64,000 nucleotides of DNA from Rathayibacter sp. VKM Ac-2760. GTDB lineage: Bacteria > Actinomycetota > Actinomycetes > Actinomycetales > Microbacteriaceae. Under the pieces are notes generated by a model that did not search any database, was not told where the DNA came from, and worked only from the letters and a program-made list of their open reading frames with translations. A program made the position numbers and the translations under genes. Position 1 is the stretch's first letter; each line of letters begins with the position of its first letter. Below, one piece after another: positions 53,404-62,125 of the stretch. The stretch is taken from contig NZ_CP047173.1 of NCBI RefSeq assembly GCF_009834185.1, positions 1,391,725 through 1,455,724 on the forward strand, written 5' to 3'.

Positions 53404-54823
53404 AGCCGCGCACCCTCTCCCAGTCGGTCACCGCCGCGTCGTAGGCGGCCAGCTCCACGCGGGCGTTGTTCACGTAGTGCTCCACGACCTCGTCGCCGAA
53501 GGCGGCCCTGGCGAGCGCGGACGACTCGAACAGGTCGGCCGCCTCGCGGAGGGTGGCCGGGACCCGCGGCGCCCCCGAGCCGTAGGCGTTGCCGGTGCAG
53601 GCGTCCTCGAGCTCGAGCTCGTTCTCTATGCCGTGCAGACCGGCGGCGACGAGCGCCGCGACGGCCAGGTACTGGTTGACGTCGCCGCCCGGCACCCGGT
53701 TCTCGACCCGCAGCCCGGCGCCGTGTCCGACGACGCGCAGGGCGCAGGTGCGGTTGTCGAGACCCCAGGCGACCGCGGTCGGCGCGAAGGAGCCGTCGAC
53801 GTAGCGCTTGTAGGAGTTGATGTTCGGGGCGAAGAACAGCGTGAGCTCGCGCATCGCGGCCAGCTGGCCGGCCAGGTAGTGCCGGAAGAGCGGCGACATC
53901 CCGTGCTCGCCCGCCGCGTCGGCGAAGACGGGGGTGCCGTCCGTACCGCGGAGGGAGAGGTGGATGTGGCAGGAGTTGCCCTCGCGCTCGTTGAACTTGG
54001 CCATGAAGGTCAGGCTCTTGCCGTGCTTGTCGGCGATCTCCTTGGCGCCCGACTTGTAGATCGAGTGGTTGTCGCAGGTGACGAGGGCGGCGTCGTAGCG
54101 GAAGCCGATCTCCTGCTGGCCGAGGTTGCACTCGCCCTTGATGCCCTCGCAGTACAGGCCGGCGCCCTCCATCGACACCCGGATGTCCCGCATCAGCGGC
54201 TCCATCCGGGTCGAGGCGAGCAGGGCGTAGTCGATGTTGTAGTCGCTGGCGGGGGTCAGCTCGCGGTAGCCCTTCCGGAAGGCGTCGCGGTAGGAGTCGT
54301 CGAAGACGATGAACTCGAGCTCGGTCGCGACGAACGCCTCGAGCCCCCGGTCGGCGAGCCGGTCGAGCTGCGCGCGGAGGATCTGCCGGGGCGCCTCGCC
54401 CACCGGAGCGTCGTCGAGCCAGGTCAGATCGGCCGTCACCAGCGCGGTCCCCGGCAGCCACGGCGCGAGGCGCAGCGTCGACAGGTCCGGGATCATCTTC
54501 ATGTCGCCGTAGCCGCGCTCCCAGCTGGAGAGGGCGTAGCCGTCGACGGTGTTCATCTCGACGTCGACCGCGAGCAGGTAGTTGCAGCACTCGGCGCCGT
54601 GCTCGGCCACGTCGTCCTGGAACAGCCGTGCGGAGATGCGCTTGCCGACGAGCCGGCCCTGCATGTCGGTGAAGGCGACGATGACGGTGTCGATCTCGCC
54701 GGCCTCGATCAGGGTGTCGAGCCGGTCGAGGGTGAGCATGCCGCGGGGGAGCGTGCGGGCGGCGCGCGTCGTGTCGGCGCGCGGCTGGGCGGCGCGCGGC
54801 TGGTCGGCGCTGTCGGGTGCCAT
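53390..54823 (-). CDS. glutamine-synthetase-family gamma-glutamyl ligase (PuuA/GlnA3-GlnA4-like)
   Basis: 477 aa with GS beta-grasp and catalytic domains (NSCHIHLSL, FAPNINSYKR). GGAGG lies 6 nt upstream of the ATG at 54823. Confidence 0.85.
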   Translation of the reverse strand: MAPDSADQPRAAQPRADTTRAARTLPRGMLTLDRLDTLIEAGEIDTVIVAFTDMQGRLVGKRISARLFQDDVAEHGAECCNYLLAVDVEMNTVDGYALSSWERGYGDMKMIPDLSTLRLAPWLPGTALVTADLTWLDDAPVGEAPRQILRAQLDRLADRGLEAFVATELEFIVFDDSYRDAFRKGYRELTPASDYNIDYALLASTRMEPLMRDIRVSMEGAGLYCEGIKGECNLGQQEIGFRYDAALVTCDNHSIYKSGAKEIADKHGKSLTFMAKFNEREGNSCHIHLSLRGTDGTPVFADAAGEHGMSPLFRHYLAGQLAAMRELTLFFAPNINSYKRYVDGSFAPTAVAWGLDNRTCALRVVGHGAGLRVENRVPGGDVNQYLAVAALVAAGLHGIENELELEDACTGNAYGSGAPRVPATLREAADLFESSALARAAFGDEVVEHYVNNARVELAAYDAAVTDWERVRGFERL

Positions 54824-54887
54824 GGCGTGCCTCCGGAGATCGCTCCGCCGGGCGGGACGGACGCCGCATGGTCGGATTCGGGACCAT

Positions 54888-55006
54888 TAGACCACAGCCC
54901 GTCTCGGTCGTGCTCCCGGTCGCCCGGTTGTCGCGCAGGGTCCATGGCGAGCCGTCGGCGCAGTGCCTCGATCGCGCCGTTCACACCCCTGTAACGCCAT
55001 TGGTCT
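54888..55006. promoter_or_regulatory. candidate GntR-type operator half-sites TAGACCAC (54888-54895) and TGGTCT (55001-55006)
   Basis: Mutually inverted TGGTCT/AGACCA half-sites, as in GntR-family operators of the TGGTCTAGACCA type. They lie in the divergent GS-like / permease promoter region. Confidence 0.2.
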
Positions 55007-55061
55007 TCCCCGCGTCCATTGAGGACCCTATGCTCTGAGCCACCCGAGCCGAGGAGACCCG

Positions 55062-56648
55062 ATGGCAGAGCAGACGAAGCAGACTCCGACGAGCAAGGGT
55101 GCGAGGCGCCCGGCGGCGTCCGGGCCCGACTCCGCGAACGTCACGAGCACCGCGGGGGTGACCTACCGCGAGGCCGAGGCCGGCTACTTCGAGAAGCGCA
55201 CCCTGCGCCGCTCCGCCGGCGTCTGGGGGCTCTGGGGTCTGGCCGTCGCCGCCGTCATCTCGGGTGACTTCTCGGGCTGGAACTTCGGGATCGAGTTCGC
55301 CGGCTTCGGCGGGATGCTGATCGCCTTCGCGGTCCTCGTGGTGATGTACTACGGCCTGATCTTCTCGATCGGCGAGATGTCGGCCGCGATGCCGCACACC
55401 GGCGGCGCCTACTCCTTCGCCCGCTCGGCGATGGGGCCGTGGGGCGGTCTGGTCACCGGACTGGCCGAGACCATCGAGTACGTGGCCACCACCGCCGTGG
55501 TCGTCTTCTTCTCGGCGCAGTACGCGAACGGGGTGACGAGCGAGCTGCTCGGCTTCGACCTCTCCGGCGCGATGTGGATCTGGTGGCTCGTCCTCTACAT
55601 CGTCTTCGTCGCGCTGAACTCCGCGGGCGCGGCGATCTCGTTCCGCTTCGCGATCGTCGTCTCGATCGTGTCCATCGCGATCCTGCTGGCCTTCTCCGTG
55701 ATGGCGCTGCTCTCGCCGGCGCTCGACTGGTCGAGCCTGTGGAACATCGCGCCGGACGCGGGCCAGTCCGAGTTCCTCCCGCACGGCGTCCTGCCGATCC
55801 TCTTCGCACTGCCGTTCGCCATGTGGTTCTTCCTCGGCATCGAGGAGCTGCCGCTCGCGGCCGAGGAGGCGCACGATCCGGTCCGCGACATCCCCCGCGC
55901 CGGCTTCTGGGCCCGCGGCACGCTGATCGTGACCGGACTGCTCGTCCTCTTCCTCAACACCGCGCTGATCGGCTCCGAGGACATGGGCGTCTCGACCGAG
56001 CCGCTGCTCGACGGCTTCCGCGCGATGGTCGGCGACGGGGCGGCGGCCGTGCTCGCGCTGTTCGCCCTGATCGGGCTGCTCGCCTCACTGCAGGGCATCA
56101 TGTTCGCCTACGGGCGCAACATGTACTCGCTCTCCCGGGCGGGCTACTACCCCCGCGTCTTCTCGCTCACCGGGAAGCGCCAGACGCCGTGGATCGCCCT
56201 GACCGTGGGCGCGGTCATCGGCTTCGTCGCCCTCGTCGTCGTCGACGTGCTCAGCCGGCTCGACCCGGACAACGCCGGCGCCGTCGCGGGAGCGATCGTG
56301 CTGAACATCGCGGTCTGGGGCGCGGTCGTCGCGTACTTCATGCAGATGGTCTCGTTCGTGCTGCTGCGCCGCCGGTTCCCGAGCGCGACCCGTCCGTACC
56401 GCAGCCCGTGGGGTGTGCCGGGTGCGGTGATCGCGGCGCTGATCAACGTGCTGATCTTCCTCGGCTTCCTCTTCAACGACGCGTTCCAGCCCGCGATCAT
56501 CGCCATCGCCGTGGTCTACGTGATCATCCTGATCGGCTTCGCGGTCTGGGGGCGGAAGCGCCTCGTGCTCTCGCCCGAGGAGCGCTACGCGCTGAGCGGC
56601 GGACTGCACGCGGCGCCGAGCATCCCGGAGCCGGATCGCGTCGACTGA
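55062..56648 (+). CDS. ethanolamine-permease-like APC transporter
   Basis: 528 aa. The N-terminal YFEKRTLRRSAGVWGLWGLAVAAVISGDFSGWNFG pattern is typical of ethanolamine permeases. Confidence 0.75.
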   Translation: MAEQTKQTPTSKGARRPAASGPDSANVTSTAGVTYREAEAGYFEKRTLRRSAGVWGLWGLAVAAVISGDFSGWNFGIEFAGFGGMLIAFAVLVVMYYGLIFSIGEMSAAMPHTGGAYSFARSAMGPWGGLVTGLAETIEYVATTAVVVFFSAQYANGVTSELLGFDLSGAMWIWWLVLYIVFVALNSAGAAISFRFAIVVSIVSIAILLAFSVMALLSPALDWSSLWNIAPDAGQSEFLPHGVLPILFALPFAMWFFLGIEELPLAAEEAHDPVRDIPRAGFWARGTLIVTGLLVLFLNTALIGSEDMGVSTEPLLDGFRAMVGDGAAAVLALFALIGLLASLQGIMFAYGRNMYSLSRAGYYPRVFSLTGKRQTPWIALTVGAVIGFVALVVVDVLSRLDPDNAGAVAGAIVLNIAVWGAVVAYFMQMVSFVLLRRRFPSATRPYRSPWGVPGAVIAALINVLIFLGFLFNDAFQPAIIAIAVVYVIILIGFAVWGRKRLVLSPEERYALSGGLHAAPSIPEPDRVD

Positions 56649-56664
56649 CGCGCGGCGTCCGGGG

Positions 56665-56802
56665 TCAGGAGGCGCCGCCGCGGCTGTCGTGGCCGGGGTC
56701 GAACGCGACGGGGGAGAGCCCGTCGCTCCGGATCGCGAGCGCGAGCGGGAGGGCGAGCGCGGTGAGCAGGACGGCGGTGAGGAGGGTGAGCAGGAGGAGC
56801 AT
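56665..56802 (-). CDS. possible 45-aa hydrophobic peptide
   Basis: MLLLLTLLTAVLLTALALPLALAIRSDG..., with almost every codon ending in G or C. There is no convincing RBS and it is below the track cutoff as a separate ORF. Confidence 0.3.
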   Translation of the reverse strand: MLLLLTLLTAVLLTALALPLALAIRSDGLSPVAFDPGHDSRGGAS

Positions 56803-56866
56803 GAGGGGTCCGATCTCGAGGTGATGCTCCGAGAGTGGACCCGTCCACTTGTCCGCGGGGCTCGAG

Positions 56867-56927
56867 GAGCAGTCCACTTCGGCCGGTCCGGTCCATCCCC
56901 GTCCGGCCGCGCCAAGGTGGACTGCTC
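56867..56927 (+). repeat. 61-nt hairpin-forming inverted repeat in the aspA upstream region
   Basis: GAGCAGTCCAC (56867-56877) pairs with GTGGACTGCTC (56917-56927), with an inner CGGCCGG/CCGGCCG pairing. Nearby is the 7-2-7 palindrome AGTGGAC-CC-GTCCACT (56834-56849). Confidence 0.5.
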
Positions 56928-57013
56928 GGCTGGAGCCCCGGCGTAGGCTGGCCCCGCAGTCCGCGGACCCCCTGCACCCTTCGGGGCCGCACGACGACAG
57001 CGATGGAGCTGAC

Positions 57014-58519
57014 GTGACCTCCGCCTCGACCACCCTCCCCGAGAGCATCGACCCGCCGAGCCGGCCGGAAGGACCCCCTGTGAACGGCGCCACCCGCACC
57101 GAGACCGACTCGCTCGGCCCGCTCGACATCCCGGCCGACGCCTACTGGGGCATCCACACCGCCCGGGCCCTGGACAACTTCCCGATCTCGAAGCGCCCGA
57201 TCTCGATCTACCCGGACCTCGTCCGCGCGCTGGCGACCGTCAAGCTCGCGGGGGCCCGGGCGAACACGGAGATCGGCAGCCTCGCCCCGGCGAAGGCCGA
57301 GCTGATCGAGCAGGCCTGCCGCCGGATCATCGACGGCGAGTTCCACGACCAGTTCGTGGTCGGTGTCATCCAGGGCGGCGCCGGCACCTCGACGAACATG
57401 AACGCGAACGAGGTCGTCGCCAACGTCGCCCTCGAGATCGCCGGCCGGCCCAAGGGTGACTACGCCTTCCTGCACCCCCTCGACGACGTGAACCGCAGCC
57501 AGTCCACCAACGACGTCTACCCGACGTCGATCAAGATCGCGATGACCTGGTCGCTGCGCCGGCTGCTCGACGAGCTCGCCCTCCTCCAGGCCTCGTTCTC
57601 GCGGAAGGCCGTCGAGTTCGGCAGCGTCCTCAAGGTCGGCCGGACGCAGCTGCAGGACGCGGTGCCGATGACCCTCGGCCAGGAGTTCCACGGCTTCGCC
57701 ACCACGCTCGGCGAGGACCACGCGCGCCTCTCCGAGACGATCTGGCTGCTCGCCGAGGTCAACATCGGCGCCACCGCGATCGGCACCGGCATCACCGCCG
57801 ATCCGCGCTACGGCGCCGCCGCCGTCCGCCACCTCAACGAGCTGACCGACCTCGACCTCGAGATGGCGCAGGACCTGGTCGAGGCGACCAGCGACGCCGG
57901 CGTCTTCATGTCGTTCTCGAGCGCGCTGAAGCGCTCGGCGATCAAGCTCTCCAAGATCTGCAACGACCTCCGCCTGCTCTCCTCGGGCCCGCAGGCCGGC
58001 TTCGGCGAGCTCAACCTGCCGCCGCGCCAGGCCGGCTCGAGCATCATGCCCGGCAAGGTGAACCCGGTGATCCCCGAGGTCGTCAACCAGGTCGCCTACT
58101 CGGTGGCCGGCGCCGACGTCACCGTGACCATGGCGGCCGAGGCCGGCCAGCTGCAGCTCAACGCCTTCGAGCCGGTGATCGCGCACTCGCTGCTGCAGTC
58201 GATCACCTGGATGACCCAGGCCTGTCTCACGCTCCGGATCAACTGCATCGACGGCGTCACCGCCAACGTCGACCGGCTGGAGGCGATGGTCGCCTCCTCG
58301 GTCGGCGTGGTCACCGCGCTGACCCCGAGCATCGGCTACACCGCGTCGGCGGCCCTCGCGAAGGCGGCGCTCGCCACCGGGCGCAACGTCGCCGACCTGG
58401 TGGTCGAGGCCGGTCTGATGTCGCGCGAGGAGGTGCTGCGGCTCATCTCACCCGCGCGCCTCTCCGGCATCGAGGCGATGACCGCGTCCCTCCCGATCAT
58501 CGAGCCGACGCCGGAGTAG
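57014..58519 (+). CDS. aspA: aspartate ammonia-lyase
   Basis: The GTG at 57014 follows GGAG. Fumarase/aspartase signature GSSIMPGKVNPVIPE and N-terminal TETDSLGPLDIPADAYWGIHTARALDNF. Confidence 0.85.
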   Translation: MTSASTTLPESIDPPSRPEGPPVNGATRTETDSLGPLDIPADAYWGIHTARALDNFPISKRPISIYPDLVRALATVKLAGARANTEIGSLAPAKAELIEQACRRIIDGEFHDQFVVGVIQGGAGTSTNMNANEVVANVALEIAGRPKGDYAFLHPLDDVNRSQSTNDVYPTSIKIAMTWSLRRLLDELALLQASFSRKAVEFGSVLKVGRTQLQDAVPMTLGQEFHGFATTLGEDHARLSETIWLLAEVNIGATAIGTGITADPRYGAAAVRHLNELTDLDLEMAQDLVEATSDAGVFMSFSSALKRSAIKLSKICNDLRLLSSGPQAGFGELNLPPRQAGSSIMPGKVNPVIPEVVNQVAYSVAGADVTVTMAAEAGQLQLNAFEPVIAHSLLQSITWMTQACLTLRINCIDGVTANVDRLEAMVASSVGVVTALTPSIGYTASAALAKAALATGRNVADLVVEAGLMSREEVLRLISPARLSGIEAMTASLPIIEPTPE

Positions 58520-58530
58520 TCCGGCCCACT

Positions 58531-58593
58531 CCGCGAGATGCCACTTGCGCGCGCCTTCCTCGGCGTGTCGCGCTCACAAGTGGCATCTCGCGG
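58531..58593 (+). repeat. family-1 palindromic element, copy 4
   Basis: CCGCGAGATGCCACTTG ... CAAGTGGCATCTCGCGG. It lies 12 nt after the aspA stop, and the alkA-like stop codon (58574-58576) is inside it. Confidence 0.8.
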
Positions 58594-60038
58594 AGAGGTG
58601 CAGGGCGGCGTAGCTGCGCCAGGGGGACCAGGGGCGGGAGGAGTCGGCGAGGGCTCGAGGGGTCGAGGGGAGACCGAGGGCCGCGGCGCCGCGGCGGACG
58701 GGACCGTCGTCGGCGAGCAGCACGTCCGGGTCGCCGGTGATCCGTGCCGCGACGGAGCCGGCGGCCACCGGATCGATGCCGTCCACGGCGAGCAGGCGTT
58801 CCAGCAACTCCTCGCGACTCGCGCCGGCGTCGAGCCGCAGCTCGCCGGCGGCGAGGAGCGCGGCGACGCGGAGGACGGTCCCGACTCCGCGAGCGCCTGC
58901 CAGCGGCTCCGCGCCGCGGTCGGCGATCGCCGCGGGCGAGGAAGGCGCGGGTGATCGCCCCACTCGCGAGCGCGGCGGGCAGCGGCTCGCCGAGGGCCGC
59001 GACCAGCCGGGTCAGCGCCGCGCGGGCCGCGACCGGAGCACCGCGCCCGATCAGCGTGCGGAGCAGGGTCTCCGCCGGGTCGACGGAGCCCGGCAGGCGG
59101 ATCCCGGGCCTCGCGGCGACGAGCGGAGCGAGCACCGGATCCGCCGCGAGCGCCTCGTCGATCGCCGCGGAGTCGGCGTCGAGGTCGAGCAGACGGCGCA
59201 CCCGCGCGACCAGCGGGCCGACGTCGGCGACGGAGGCGAGCGTCGCAGTGCAGCGCACCGCGTCGCCGTCGAGCTCGAGCCGGGCGATCGCCGGGCCGCC
59301 GGGCAGCGCGAGCGAGCGGGCGTACCGGTCCGGCCCTGCCTCCTCGACCCCCGGCAGGGCGGTGCCCCCGAGCGCGGTGAGCACGCCCGCGTCGAACGGC
59401 GCCCGCACCGGCAGGCGCAGCTCGAGCGTCGTCGCGCCCGCCTGCACGGCCGCCGCCGAGCGGTCGCCGCGGGTCGAGGCGCGCACGGCGCTGGGGCTGC
59501 GCTCGTACACCTCCTGGATCGTCGCGTTGAACTGCCGGATGCTCGCGAAGCCCGCCGCGAACGCCACCTCCGACACCGGCAGCTCGGTGCCGGTGAGCAG
59601 CAGCCGGGCCGTCTGCGCGCGCTGGGCCCTGGCCAGGGCGAGCGGAGGCGCGCCGAGCTCGTCGCGCAGGATCCGGCCGAGCTGGCGGGTGCCGTAGCCG
59701 AGTCGTGCGGCGAGCCCGGCGACACCCTCGCGGTCGACCACCCCGTCGCCGATCAGCCGCATCGCCCGGGCGGCGGTGTCGTCGCGGAGGTTCCACTCCG
59801 GCGAGCCGGGCACGGCGTCCGGCAGGCAGCGCTTGCACGCGCGCAGCCCCGCCTCGTGCGCGGCGGCCGCGGTCGGATAGAAGCGGACGTTGCCGGGCCG
59901 CGGAGTCGCGGCGGGGCAGCTCGGGCGGCAGTAGATGCCGGTCGAGTGCACGCCGGTGAGGAAGCGGCCGTCGAAGCGGGAGTCGCGCGAGGCGACCGCG
60001 CGGTAGCGCTGCTCGAAGAGCGGGTCGACGTCCGTCAT
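58574..60038 (-). pseudogene. Ada/AlkA-type protein (Ada Zn-binding + AraC HTH + DNA-3-methyladenine glycosylase II) with an apparent frameshift
   Basis: Frame 1 reads MTDVDPLFEQRYRAV...YCRPSCPA...CKRCLP...HTH...GAITRAF. Frame 2 reads SPAAIADRGAEPLAGARGVG...WRSYAALHL (HhH-GPD part). The span is 1465 nt (3n+1) and the break is near 58940. Confidence 0.65.
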
Positions 60039-60142
60039 GCTCCGAGCCTCGCACGGCACGCGGCCGCTCGATCGCGGGAATCGGACACGGCCGCTGTCAA
60101 CCGCCGGTCCGGCGGCCCGCCGGTGCCCTACTCTCGGTCCCC

Positions 60143-61258
60143 ATGAGCGTCTACCCGCCGCCCCCGCCCGCCCGGCCCTCGATCGTCCCGACCGTGCTGG
60201 GCGCGATCGGCGTCGCGCTGCTCGGCGTGCTGCTGCTCCTCGTGCTCGCCTACGTCGTGTCGGGTCTCGGCGCGACCGCCGCGGGGATCTGCGCGGTCGT
60301 CGCCCTGGTGCCGCTGCTGATCGTGCTCGCGGGCGTCCGCTGGGTCGACCGCTGGGAGCCGGAGGCGCCGCTCGGGCTGTGGTTCGCGTTCCTCTGGGGC
60401 GCGGCGGGCTCCGTGGCGATCTCGCTCCTGGTCGACCTCGGCGTGCAGATCGCGGTCTACGCGACCGGGGCGCAGCCGAGCGAGTCGGACTTCGTCGGCG
60501 CGGTGATCCAGGCGCCGATCGTCGAGGAGTCGGCCAAGGGGCTCGGCGTGCTGCTGATCCTGCTGATCTGGCGCCGGAGCTTCGACGGACCGGTCGACGG
60601 CATCGTCTACGCGGCGGTCGTCGCCTCCGGATTCGCCTTCGTCGAGAACATCCTCTACTTCGGCAGCGCGCTGGTGGAGGGCGGGCTCGGCTCGCTGGCC
60701 GTCACCTTCTTCCTCCGCGGCGTGCTCTCGCCGTTCGCGCACGTGCTCTTCACCGCCTGCTTCGGCGCCGCACTCGGTGTCGCGATGAACCGCCCGCCCG
60801 CCGCGCGCCTGCCGATCGCGCTGCTCGGCCTGGCGCTCGCCGCTTTCCTGCACGCGCTCTGGAACGGCTCGTCGTTCCTCGTCGCCGACTGGTTCGGCTT
60901 CTACGGCGTGGTGCAGGTGCCGCTGTTCGTCGTCGCGGTGGTGATCGTCTCGCTGCTGCGCCGGCAGGAGCGGCGGGTCACCCTGGAGCGGCTCGGCGAC
61001 TACGCCGCGGCCGGCTGGCTCTCGCCGACCGAGGTGCGGATGATCGGCACGGCCGAGGGGCGCCGCACCGCCGCGCGCTGGGCCCGGGTGGCCGGCGGCG
61101 ACCGGCCGCGGGCGATGCGCGGCTTCATCCGCTCGGCGACGCGGCTCGCCCACGTGGGTCAGCAGCAGCTGGCCGGGCGCGGTGGGCGCGGGGCGGTGCT
61201 CGACGAGCGGGTGCTGCTGGACGAGCTGGTGGCGCGCCGCGCCGCGCTGACCGGCTGA
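60143..61258 (+). CDS. PrsW-family intramembrane glutamic/metallo-protease
   Basis: 371 aa, polytopic, with motifs APIVEESAKG, FAFVENILYF and SPFAHVLFT. Confidence 0.8.
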   Translation: MSVYPPPPPARPSIVPTVLGAIGVALLGVLLLLVLAYVVSGLGATAAGICAVVALVPLLIVLAGVRWVDRWEPEAPLGLWFAFLWGAAGSVAISLLVDLGVQIAVYATGAQPSESDFVGAVIQAPIVEESAKGLGVLLILLIWRRSFDGPVDGIVYAAVVASGFAFVENILYFGSALVEGGLGSLAVTFFLRGVLSPFAHVLFTACFGAALGVAMNRPPAARLPIALLGLALAAFLHALWNGSSFLVADWFGFYGVVQVPLFVVAVVIVSLLRRQERRVTLERLGDYAAAGWLSPTEVRMIGTAEGRRTAARWARVAGGDRPRAMRGFIRSATRLAHVGQQQLAGRGGRGAVLDERVLLDELVARRAALTG

Positions 61259-61284
61259 CCACGGGGAACGAAGGGAGTCGCCGA

Positions 61285-62103
61285 GTGCGCAGCATCGAGG
61301 TCGGGACCGCCGACGGGGGAGTCCTCCGCGTCCACGACAGCGCCGGCCCGGGCCGGCCGCTGCTCTGGCAGCACGGCTCCCCGCAGACCGGGGCGCTGCT
61401 GGCGCCCGTGCTGCGGGCCGCCCGCGAGCGCGGACTCCGGCTGCTCTCCTACGGCCGGCCGGGCTACGGCGGCTCGACCGCCCGGCCGGGTCGCGACGTG
61501 GCCTCGGCGGCGGAGGACGTCCGCGCCGTCCTCGACGCACTCGGCCTCGACCGGATCCTGACGGCCGGCGCCTCGGGCGGTGGACCGCACGCCCTGGCCT
61601 GCGGCGCCCTGCTCGCCGACCGGGTCGACGGCGTGCTGGCGCTCGCCTCACCCGCGCCGGACGACGGCGGCCCCGAGTGGCTCGCCGGCATGGCGGCGCC
61701 GGGCGGGCTCGCCTCCGCGCGGGAGGGCCGCGATTCGCGCGCCCGCTTCGCCGAGACGGACGAGTTCGATCCCGCGTCGTTCGTCCCGGCGGACGACGAG
61801 GCGCTCGAGGGCGAGTGGGCGGCGCTCGGCGAGGACGTCGCGCGCTCCGAGGAGTGGGGCGACGGCGGCCTGATCGACGACGACGTCGCCTTCGCGCGGC
61901 CCTGGGGCGTCGACCTCGCGGCGGTGCGCTGCCCGGTCGTCCTGGTGCAGGGCGGCCTCGACCGGGTGATCCCGCCGCACCACGCCCGCAGGCTGCGCGC
62001 GCTCCTCCCGAGCGCCGAGCTGCACGAGCACCCGGGCGACGGCCACGTCTCGGTGCTGCGGCGGTTGCCCGAGGCGCTCGACCGGCTGCTCGCAGTGAGC
62101 TGA
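61285..62103 (+). CDS. alpha/beta hydrolase
   Basis: The GTG at 61285 follows GAAGGGA. It has a GASGGG nucleophile elbow and C-terminal GDGH. Confidence 0.75.
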   Translation: MRSIEVGTADGGVLRVHDSAGPGRPLLWQHGSPQTGALLAPVLRAARERGLRLLSYGRPGYGGSTARPGRDVASAAEDVRAVLDALGLDRILTAGASGGGPHALACGALLADRVDGVLALASPAPDDGGPEWLAGMAAPGGLASAREGRDSRARFAETDEFDPASFVPADDEALEGEWAALGEDVARSEEWGDGGLIDDDVAFARPWGVDLAAVRCPVVLVQGGLDRVIPPHHARRLRALLPSAELHEHPGDGHVSVLRRLPEALDRLLAVS

Positions 62104-62125
62104 GGCGACGGCGGCCGCCGCCTGG

